A stretch of DNA of 59,181 nucleotides, filler included, from Circinaria calcarea (Eukaryota), in the NCBI GenBank assembly GCA_051942165.1. It is 7 parts of 7 records of this genome, joined end to end, with 100 filler letters (N's around TTAATTAATTAA, not from the genome) between each part and the next. Parts side by side here need not be neighbours in the genome. Positions count along the whole stretch, not along the records: positions 25,489 to 33,858 come from JAVECS010001126.1; positions 33,959 to 42,305 come from JAVECS010001128.1; 5 more parts are not named here. One strand, written 5' to 3'. The first letter of the stretch is position 1. Each line of letters begins with the position of its first letter. Shown here in pieces: positions 27,476-38,192 of this stretch. The notes beneath the pieces were generated by a model. That model worked only from the letters and a program-made list of their open reading frames with translations. It did no database searches and was not told the DNA's origin. The translations under genes and the position numbers were made by a program.

Positions 27476-28512
27476 AGTCTCTTAAAGGTGGTGTTTTAAT
27501 TGAGGTGGGCAAGCACAAGTCGTCGCCGAAAACAACAGTATGACACTAGGGAGCCTCTCACGCAGGAACCACAGCTGTCAAATAACGTAAACCTTTAAAC
27601 CTATATAAGCCCGGTATAAAAGGCTTGATTTGTAGATAATAAGTAAGGAAGCCCCTCATGTATTGATGGTCCCTCATCTGCAACGACTTTGCGCACCAGA
27701 TTCGAATTTCGTAATAAGGGTCACGGTTTTCGAATGCGCAACTGTTATTATTATCTGAAGGGCCCCCTCCGCAATCGATGGTTTAAACTGATGCTTCAAG
27801 TGATAATAATTATAGAAGATCGTCATGATTACATATCAGCATAGACCCTGTCAGATTGTCGATAAGATAAGGCTGAGTATTAAGGCTGACAGAGACGCCA
27901 AGACGCGATAATTGATTGCTGGCGGCTATTTTAGTCTGGCTTCATATGACGTGGAAGTCAAAACACAACCACACTCCTTTGATTAGACGATGCTACAGAG
28001 TTAAATGGGAGCATTGGCAACGGTTGGCCGTGGACAGGTTGCAGATGAGATTGCTCATTAACCTCACAGGCGATGCTACACTCACAGTGCACAGAATCGT
28101 GAGAAGCAAGCTTTTCTATTCGCAGCCATTAGACGGACTACATGCTAGGGGAAGAACCGAATGTGATTGAGCCTTTAAGCCCAAAGAGACTCTTGCAAAG
28201 AGCTCAATGCAAATAATTATCCACAAGAATCGAAGCATGGTCAGTAAGACACAGGGTCAGACTTGCTGCGCATAAAAAAGTAATGACCAAATGTCTCGTC
28301 ACAAGGCTGTGTGAGACTCCCCAAACATCCTAATGCATCTAAGCCCATCTTCATAATATGGATTGTAGGCTCGAAGCTAGTACCAGACAGTTGACTAAAT
28401 GGTCCACGATGCACTCGAGGCTCGGAAGAGAACAAATAAGTCGTCTCCAGAGTCTATGCTTGAAAGCCATGCAGCGCCAATCCATGCTTCCGATGTTGAT
28501 GCGTTGTACAGT

Positions 28513-29514
28513 TTAGACACCGACGATTTTGTGGCCAATAACCTCGACAGTAGGATTACCCTTTGGCTTGCCTACGTCGGTGAATTGCCCTAAGAAATTG
28601 CCTGTTTTGAAACTATGTTAGCTCATTACCAAGCTGAGATCAATATGCTCGAGATAAGTCTTACCTGGTGGGTAGTACATGCAAGCAACAAAGTAGCCTG
28701 AGCTAATGGATGTGCTGGGAGCGCAAGGTGCAGAACCACATCCGATAGATTCGGTGGTGCTCCAGACAACTTGAGAGAAATGGCCCCATCCTTGAAACGC
28801 GTCTCCAGAGGTATCTAGTTTGCCTTGACCATATGCAGGGAAATTTAAGATTTCGCCGTCGTACCACATGTTGCTAACAACCATGGAGAGGTTACCGGCT
28901 CCGAGGTAGGTGCCTTGAGCAATGTTCATACCAACACCTGAAGCACCCGCGGGCCTACAAAAGGTTAGCGAGGGCAAGGATTTACAATAGTAAAACGCCA
29001 GATCTTACATAGACTCGTCCCAGACACAACTTTCGGCCTTGGCCTGAGCCCAGCGTGCTAAGGTGCTATTGTATGTGACGTCCGGAGCGGAGTGATTGCT
29101 ACGATGAACGTTGTGGTGCGCAAGCGCAATTGCCGTGTAGGTTGGCGAAGTAACGTCGAGGTCTGGAACAATGGTTGTTGGAGCATTGAATGATGCAGGT
29201 TGAGGTGGCTGAGGGGCAGCGCTTGTCGTAGGAGCTACCGTAGATACTGGAGCAGGTGTTGAAGTCGAGATTGGGGTCTCAATGACCACAGGAGTCGAGG
29301 TCGAGGTCGGTGCGACGATCTCCACAGGGGAGCTTGAAGGCACGGCGACAGTCTGGACAGCCGGGACTGTAGACGGAGCAACTGGTACACCTTCGGTGAC
29401 ATAGTCAATGACCGTGACAACAACGATTTCGGTAACCAGGTCGCGTTTCTGATTGATTGGCGTGCTCAAGGCACCAACGGCGAAGAGAGCCGAGATGAAG
29501 ATTGAAGAAAGCAT
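28513..29514 (-). CDS. Secreted CAP/SCP (PR-1/Pry-like) protein with S/T/P-rich stalk
   Basis: Signal peptide MLSSIFISALFAVGALS, then a KR site and an S/T/P/V-rich region. CAP motifs HHNVHRSNHSAP, GHFSQVVW, IGCG and VACMYYPPGNF. Introns 28955-29008 and 28602-28664, plus a probable 5'-UTR intron 29666-29738. Confidence 0.9.
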
Positions 29515-29562
29515 CTTGGCTTGTCTTTGATGATTTACTAAATCTACTTGAGATTTTTCTTG

Positions 29563-29897
29563 AGCGAGGGATCTCTGATCTCCAAGTCTTCGAGTTGTAA
29601 GGACAGTTGGTGTGCAGTTAAACGACTTATCTTCCACAGAAGACAGATGCTCTTGCAGTGAAACACTACAAGTTAGAATTGTCTATAGAAGTTATATATT
29701 AGTACGTAAGATGGGTAAGAACACAAACTGGATCCTACCTGTGTTGTGCCGTTCAGCGGAAGAGTGAATGTGGGCAGTTCGACTGGCGAAAGAGTGGTTG
29801 AATGAATGTAAAAACGTACACTGAAGGGAGTGGCAGTGTAACGCGATTGTGTTGAGGAACAAGTATGTAAGTGAAAGTATCTGAAGGAGAGTGAAAG
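29563..29897 (-). promoter_or_regulatory. Cluster of eight CNYTCNYT (Ssd1-binding-type) motifs in the PRY/CAP 5' leader
   Basis: ARNGARNG on the + strand at 29563, 29763, 29789, 29801, 29825, 29870, 29884 and 29890. Confidence 0.55.
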
Positions 29898-31317
29898 GGA
29901 AGAGGAAGAGGAAGAAGACAAACAAGCGTGAGGCGGTTTTGTGTGAGATGCGAAATAACGTGGGGCTCGACTAAGAGATTGGGGCCGGATATGGTCAAGG
30001 GCGGGTGAGGGTTGTTTATGCGGGACCCGGCTACGGGAAATCAGACTAAGGTAAGGTATTCACACGTGTGGCATGCATACCCGAGTCTGGTAGAGTGCTC
30101 GAGAGACATAGAGGGGGAGACGAAAGCCTTTACATACATTCATCCCAGGTCCTCGTCTTTACACTGACGCTGGTTGGCATGTCCATTGTCTCCAGCCAAG
30201 AATGCAGGAGGCGGTCGTTCTAAACGCCAGCAGCATTTCTATCAGTGGCAAGCCGACCCATGGAGGCCACGAGACTGCCGCACATAGTTACGCTCTAATT
30301 CTAAAGGAGTTTCACACATTTGACTGGTGATGGATATCAGGGGAAACCAAAGGAGGTTGAAAGGGACAAACGCCTAAACACGACCCTTGTCTCGTTTCAC
30401 TAGCAAAATGTCTTGCAGGCAGGCTAGCGATTGGTTACCCGGCGCGTTCCTGGAAAAGTGGAGGGAATGGCTGCCGCAGGTGAGAAAATTTAGCAGGGAT
30501 TCGGGAGATCTTCTGCGCATTAAACGTGTGTCGTAGGTTTTAGGGAAGACAAGGGGCACGACTGCGGTTACGAGTATCCAACTGAGCAAGAACACTCCAT
30601 GTGCCCCGCCTGAATGATCTCGGGAATTTGTGTAATCATCATCCCTCGCATGGTACTGCGGGGAAATATTCTTCATGCGCCTGTCCCTTCCCATCCTGAT
30701 TGCCGTGTTTCACTTCCAAAGGTGGCAAATTGCAGCCACAAATTCATCATAGTACCGTTTTGACCTAACAAATCCGGCACCATCTACAAAATAGACATAT
30801 ATAACAAACATCCGGGAAAGATTCCCACGAGTTAAATTCTCACACTCCAATCCCCAACACTCAAGATCTACCGTAACGGAATGCATGCAATAAACCGTCG
30901 GTTCCTAGTGCCGCGGTATTAATTACACGTCTCGAAACGGCCTTTTTAGGATGATATGCAGACACGCCGGATCTGGCAAACAGTGGAACTGGTGGTTTAT
31001 GGAAATTTAGAAAAATCTATTCTATTCGCTAGGTGCTCGAGGGTATAATCAGCCTGGAGTGGTGCCTCCTTAACTCATCACTTTCCATCCCTCGCTGCAT
31101 TCTTACACTTTATATACATCCTCGAGCACTGTCAACTGCCAGGCCGCCAGCTTACCCGCTCACCCATCCTACCCCATCCATCGGTCATCTGCAGTCTGCC
31201 GGTCATTTGGTCGAAGAGTAACTAGGCATGATAGCAGGGTGTTTTGTGAATGTTTTCGTGATGCTAGCGGCAGCAATTTTACTTTCGATGTAGTACTAGT
31301 ACATGAACCCAAAAAAT

Positions 31318-32770
31318 CTAATGCTTAACCGCCTTCTTGCCTGCCAGAGAGCTCGGTGGTGCTTTCAACCCACCAAAAACCAAGCCAGCTACCCCCAGCA
31401 TTCCGACCCCGCCAACCAGATATGCCACGTCTCGTCCCGCCCACCAGTACAAGGAGCAGAAGAGTAGCGGTCCTGAAGCTCGGCCGACTTGCCCTACATA
31501 CCGTTAGCACAGCTTGTAAAAGGCCCGATCGCGAACGGAATGACTTACCCCAACTCCGATGATTCCCCAGCTTACCTCCCCTTTCCCCTTCGGCCGCCTC
31601 GAAGCTGCTCAGGCTATTCAATCCTGTAACCACGGTCGCGGTCGTGACGGCCAGTAGAGTAGCTGCGGCGTACAATCCGCCTTCCGTTGTTAATCTTGCC
31701 AGCAAGAAGAAGCTCAATGCACACGAAACTACTCCGATCTGCACTACCCTGAGTGGGTGCAACCGCCGCGTCACGGAGCCTTGGAGGACAGAGGCGATGA
31801 GACCCATGAATCCCAGAAGTTTGCCGGATTGGGAGGATGTGTAGCCGAAAAGATCGTAAGTCATGAAAGGGAGAGAGAACTCCATACCGCTAAAGAAGAG
31901 GATGAATATGAAGTGGGTGAAATTGAGAAGAAGGTGGGAGTTTGTGCGGGTAGGACCATTGCTTGACAGAGGTTTCTCTTTTGTGGTAGAGCCATTGGTT
32001 GCGGCTCTGGCTCTGGACGAGGGCAGCGTTTCCGGAAGATAGATATATAAATACAAGGTCTCGGTCACAATGAGAAAGAGGGAGAAAGCGGCGGCTGTGG
32101 CAAAGGGATTTGCTGCAACGGTGCTCACATTTGCAAGTGCGGCGCCGAGGGCAGGGCCGAACGTAAAGGCAATGGAGAAGCAAGCGCCTACGAGAGCCAT
32201 CGTGGCACCGCGCTGTTGCTCGTCGCTGACGTCTGCCGCCATGGCTGTTGCCAGTTGAACGTTCCCTTCACTCAGCCCTCCAACTATTCTGCTGGCCAGA
32301 AATGTCCGGAAATCCGTCGCTGCCACCCAGAGAGCCACGGATGCGATGTTTCCAGCCATTGACCAGAGCAGTGCCGTCCGGCGGCCATATTTATCCGATA
32401 ACCGGCCGATTATCGGTGAGGCTATGGCTTGGAGAAAGGAGAAGAGAGACCCCAGGGCACCTCCCAAGAGGACGATGTCGTAACGGTCGCTGATGGGGCG
32501 GGAGAAGGATTGTTTGTAGGTATTCAAGCCGGCAAGGATGCGGTTGAGGACGGTGTTCTGAGAAGACGGGGAACTGGCGGGTTCGAGGTTCCGGTAGAAC
32601 TCGAGGAGTTTGGGAAAGAGGGGGAGAATGAAGGTAAAGGATATCTTGGGTTGGTTTAGTAAACGTCTGTTTGTCTGGTTTCGGGTACCTACTAGATCTA
32701 GCAGCAACGAGATGAAGATGACGCGCAAAATCTGTTTCCGTTTGGCGGAAGAGAGCGGCGCGGCAGCCAT
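31318..32770 (-). CDS. MFS transporter, MFSD10/TETRAN (tetracycline-transporter-like)
   Basis: Motif A GRLSDKYGRR and RIVGGLSEGNVQL, with multiple TM helices. Introns 32645-32692 (in frame) and 31494-31548. The last exon ends ...GKKAVKH*. Confidence 0.9.
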
Positions 32771-33840
32771 GTTTGCGAGGGGAAAATGAGGGGACCGGGA
32801 ACTCGATTTTGGGCTCGATGGTCGATGGCGGCTTGGGGAGACTCGTTATAGAAAAGCAGAATGAATAGACATGTGTTAAGATCGATTTGATCAGGTCAGC
32901 ATTAGAGTAACCATTCCCGCCTCCATGTAACACAGATGCAATTGTCCAGAAATGCCACCCCAGCCCTACCTGATCTATTCTAGGAGGTTACAGTGGCGTT
33001 CGGCACAGTGGGAGGTGTATGCCTTAAGGTCACGATACATGTGCGCCAGTAATTAATTACTTTGCCTCCATGTCATGCTGTTCTCTATCTGTCCATTTCC
33101 TCGATTTTACATATTTATCGTTTGGCTCACCATCTCACTTTGCCGTATCCCAAAGGGGTGTAGAATGTCAGCAATCCATCTCACTCTAGGTAGCGATAAA
33201 TATGATGTTATCATTGCACACTCTGAGTTTACGAAATGTTTACGATAGGTCGTTCAATATCTTTGTACATCGAAGGCTTTAGCCTGAGAACAAGGTTTTT
33301 TTGTCAATGCGGTTTTGAACCTGTATTGGAAGCTGAGCTGAAGATAGCAAGAGCATTCTGGATTTAGCCAACTAGATATTCAATGGCGTTTAGCCTAGAG
33401 TACATGAGTTTCGTTTCGACGCAACCCACCTTGAAGGTTCGTCCGGACTGGGAGAAGTAAGGATGACACAGCAATTCAGGATTGATGGGACAGAGTTCCC
33501 ACCCCAATTCGCTCTACTCTATCGGCCTACTCCATTGTGAAGACTGTCAATCTAGCTTGCTAGAGCGGTCTTAGCCTGCAATTACAACATCTCTTGATCC
33601 CCGTTAGCTCTGTGTTTGCAGACGAAATAATGTCAGTACAATGAAAATTACACGTGTGTTTTCTAATCGCTGGAGTCTGCCCTCTAGGGTCATCCAGAGT
33701 GCAAACCGTCAGCAGCCCAATCAATTGAAGTCCTTTTACCAGCCATAGATTCTATTCCGGACGCTACTCGTCTTGAGACACCATTGTTACTCCCTCGAAT
33801 AGCATTGGCAAGGAGAGCAAAGGCACAGTTGATACGCTAA

Positions 33841-33858
33841 CCCCCCCCCCCCCCCCCC
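33841..33858 (+). repeat. Poly-C homopolymer at contig end
   Basis: C18 immediately before the linker, probably the cause of the assembly break. Confidence 0.9.
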
Positions 33859-33958
33859 NNNNNNNNNNNNNNNNNNNNNNNNNNNNNNNNNNNNNNNNNN
33901 NNTTAATTAATTAANNNNNNNNNNNNNNNNNNNNNNNNNNNNNNNNNNNNNNNNNNNN
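33859..33958. other. Artificial contig linker
   Basis: N44-TTAATTAATTAA-N44. Confidence 0.99.
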
Positions 33959-36629
33959 ATGTTGCGTAGTAAGCTTGTGCCATTAGCAACCGATGCTATA
34001 GGTGGACCAGTTGTGTCTGTTGTCAAGCCGGTTGTAGCATAGCCTGTTGAGCCTTGGACGCATAGTGAGGAATTGCTCCATATTGCGCTTGCCGCATAAT
34101 TCCACAAGTTGGTAAGATTTAGAATGGTTTGTGGGGTAAAGAAAATCCTGCAATCGGTTGCCTCATAAACGAACTGCAGAGGAACATTCTGGCCTTCTCT
34201 AACTTGATCACGAAGATTAACACTTGCGTAGGTGATAAGGACATCTTCAGTTCGGTTAGGGAGGAGATAGCTCGTGGTGGCGTTGATTTTTTCTGCTATA
34301 TCAATGTCGGTATCGAGCGCCCCTACGGAGTAAGATCTAGCGCCACGATTACCACTCGGGGCCTGCATAGGACCCGAGGTTGGACGACCACCCACACTGA
34401 CCGTGCGAACACCTACTTCGTGATGCATCATCTCCATAAATAAAGCGCAGGCTGAGGCACACAATCCATCGCTGAGCTACAACAGTTAGCAGAGCAATGA
34501 AATCACCGCAAGGGAGGATTTGCCCACTATAATGATATTATCGGCCGAATACGGCGCTGGGGTTCCGATAAGAGAGCCACCCAGCCCTTGAAGTATATAT
34601 CCTGCCAATGCTTGTTCGTTGAAAGCCTGATTGCTGAAGTTATACCGTTGCTATGAAGTTCCCGGTTAGCCCTAAAGTACTTTCACCATCATTCCCCTAA
34701 AGACCTACGGTTTGTGTAAAATAGTCTCCGTTGTAAAGTAAAGGCCCGTAGAATTCGCCCCACGAAGTGAAGTTTTCACCAGTTGTTGCATCTAGACGGG
34801 CTGAAGCCACCCATTCATCAACGAGCAACCCATAATAATCATAGTCATCCGTCGATAGGCTATTCCAATAGCTTGTGAATGTGTTCCCTAGTGTGTCTGC
34901 TGTGGCATGGGCCCGCGATCGGCTTCCACCATAAGGGGTTTTCTCTGGAAAGAACTTAAGTTGTGGTTAGCTAATAGAAAGTGGTCAAGGAATACCGGCA
35001 CTTTACTTGTTGAACAGTATCAATAGCTAAGAATGTGTCACCTCCGCTGTTTTGCTGTAGATCAATAACAACATGCGCTAAACCTCCTTCTCGGCTGCGG
35101 TGTAGAAATTCGCGGACAGCATTCGAAAAAGTGCCGATAGCATCTCCGTATTCCTGAAAGCTCGGAATGCTTAGGACCGCTGTAGACGTGTCGTTGAGGA
35201 AATATCCGGTGACAAATCCTCCACCATTGACAGCGCCACTTATTGCTAAGTCTGGTTGAATCACATCGGCTGAAGGATAGGGAAAGATGGGCCAGCCGGT
35301 AGGTGTAGCCGTAACGGAAAAAGAGCTTGTCTCAGAAGGAACACTGGAGGTTGCAGTAGCTGCAAACGTAGAAGAGTTGTCAATTGCCGCAGGCTCTGAA
35401 TTAAATGATGCAGGATAAAACCCTAAAACCTATTGTGTTCCATTCAGCATGAAGTTGCATTTTAAGATGTGAACTAGGGACGCACAAAGAAATTATAAAA
35501 GTCTCCTCCGGTTTCTAGTGGTCCCGTGGGTCCGGGGCTATTGTAAACTGCAATGAAGTTTTCTGGACCAACTTGAGTGCCATTTTCCAACACAAAGGTC
35601 ACAGATTCTCCGGGATAAAACGACCCGAAGCCATTAAAGACGCTATAGTAACCCTGAATCTCTAAAGCTGGAGAATACATGAGAGAATTCCAGTCGGCAT
35701 GGGGCTCGACGTATGCGAAGGCATTAATAGCTGCGTATTGCGTGAGATACGAAATCGCATCTTCCCCGTTTATGGTCTTGATTGCTGAGAGTTGAAAGCT
35801 AGCTCCATTTTCCTGAATGGCAGACAGATCATCTGTTACTCGGTCAGCTCCTTGACTGGATGTAGCCCTGGGTGGAGATACATACCGGTAAGATAAACCT
35901 TGGGAACTTGTATGCCGTCAATGGATACTGAAGATATTCCGTGTCGCGATCCAAAGCTAAAGGCCGCAAGCACGCCCGCCATAAGGCTGAGATGCCCGTC
36001 GTGGGCAGAGTAGACAAGACTCTGAAGGGACGCCTCGAACTCATACTGATTCTGGAAGACTCCTGTATTGATTTGTTGTTGCAGGTACTCCAGACCTCCA
36101 ACGAAGTCCACCGGTTGCTGCTGATAACTCGCTGGCGGATTTTTTAAATATGCCAGCGTGCTTTGAAATTGGAGAGTATCGTTGTAGTATTGGAGAAATC
36201 GAGTAGCCACGGCAGGGTTAAAAGGAACGCTAGTAAGACCTATTGAATATAAATAGATATAGTGGTAGGACGCGAATTCACTCACAATCATAGGCCTGCT
36301 TGGCTGGAAATAGGTAGGTACCTATGATCTGGTCAACAATTATATCCCTTGGACTTTTGAAGGATAAGCTGAGGCCGGAGATATTAAGCTGTCTATGCTA
36401 ATCACATCTCGAGAAATCTCAGGACGTGACACAACCACGGACAGCTCGAGGAGAGGATGTTTCGGGAGATGCCCATTGCAAAGTTACCATTATGTTGGCT
36501 CTCGTTGACAATATCGCCACACACCGACGAAAGAGGTACAGGAGCACTGGATATCGGAGAAGATTCTGGTGTAGGGACCGCAAGGGCCCTGGCTAACAGT
36601 AGGAGCGGAAGAACAAGGGAGAGGTGCAT
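33959..36629 (-). CDS. Secreted fungal peptidase S41 family protein (multi-exon, 3' truncated)
   Basis: Signal peptide MHLSLVLPLLLLARALAVP. Motifs AYDCLTSVPFNP, QFQSTLAYLKNPP, AHDGHL, VIDLQQNSGG, catalytic-type DGLCASAC and VSVGGRP...GPMQ. Confidence 0.88.
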
Positions 36630-38192
36630 TATGGCACGCTGTGCGCGGATATCCAGAAAAAGGTAAAGACTGTGTTTGGGTGAGGAAAAAGTGCCGTTTG
36701 AAGGCAGAAGGCGAGAGATAAGAATTTATAAGTCCATGATATCAGAGGTTCCTACTGCTCCTAGGTAATTGCTGCCGTTCAGCCTCATCAACGACCCCAT
36801 ATGTGGTGCTGCTCATTTCCCGTGGACCCCAGCCGCCGAACGGCCCGTCCCATGGGGGCCGAGGTGAAGGTTGGGTCCACGAGTTGTGGGATGGATGATA
36901 GTTCCGTAGTTGTCCAAAGATTCGTGGCTGTTGGTGCGCTTGAATGCTCGTCGCAGCAACAGATTTAATTCGCAAGCCCTTCTATTCCTTTGGCTCTTTC
37001 GCTTTGACGCGTCAACCCACCCACCCATCGTAAGGCTCCAGCCCTAGTTTGCCTTATGCAGGAGAAGATCAGCGCGCCGGCCTAGTCTGGTTATTCAATC
37101 GCAACGTGGGGGTCGATGCTCGATTCCTCCGTCCTGGCCTCAATTATTTTTATAGTGTATTGGCACTGTCTAACTCATAATTCCCGCTTTACCCTAATAC
37201 GTATTGCTCTTATTCGGGACTCGAACTCTTTCGCACTCGAGAGAGCTCTGCGGGATTCATCAATTTCACCAAAGGGAAAGGATCAATCCTCGGGCCATGA
37301 GCGTTCTAGGCGTTGTCATCAGGATCATCAGACGTCAAGGCTTTTCCCGAGTAGGGTACTTACCACAGTACAGTGGCTCGGAGTGTATGTTGTAAGTAAT
37401 TGGCCCGCTGCCCAAGCGAGTTATGCAGCGTCCTTGTCCAGTGATGAGTACGGAGGTACGGAGTAATCAAGCTTTGCCACTCGGACGCAATCGGAGGCGC
37501 TCCCACAGTAGTGCTGATTCATTCCCAAGCAGCCCCTTAGATGATGGTTAGAATAATAAAAATAGGATCGGCATAAAATTATTCGACCTTACGTATTCGA
37601 CTATTCGATTGCCGACTATTCCGACTGAGCGTGACGAGCGTTGAAACGCTTAGCAATGAAATTTCCGGCGGGCATTACTCTACGTGACATGTCCTGCATA
37701 TGCTCCGCCACCATTAGAATATGCGAGGATAAGGCACCACTCTAACACCATCCCTATCATTCGTCAAGACTAATTAGGAAAACCCGCTACTGGGATGCAA
37801 TTCAGGTGGGGCGTAAAAATCTCCACCGACATCTATTCTAGGCGCCACTGCAATCGAGTCGGCGATGAGTTTTCCCATCCAGCCTCGATTGGCTCCCCTT
37901 AAATGTTCCTCGTTTCCTTTCCCTTCCTTTCCCTTCCTTTCGAGTCCTCCTGACCACTAATGTTATCATATCCAAAGTACGAGTTTTCGGGAAGCTAAGA
38001 TAAGCGGTACTCAAATGTCTTTGCACACCGGATTTTTCGTGCCGTGGTTATGCATTATCGGAGTTATTAGAATTTGTTCTCCCTCACACTTTTGAGCTAT
38101 GCGAACTGAGTCCGCTTTCTGTAAATTGAGACTCAGTATATAGGCGGCACGGCACCTTCGGTGTGATTCCGGTCGGCATTTCGGCAGTAGTG

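Noticed and set aside
33836..33858. CTAACCC at a contig end as a telomere
   Set aside because: It is a single unit running into poly-C, with no tandem CCCTAA array.
37912..37941. CNYTCNYT matches upstream of the NLR gene
   Set aside because: They fall in a simple (CCTTTCCCTT)n pyrimidine tract and illustrate the background rate of this motif.
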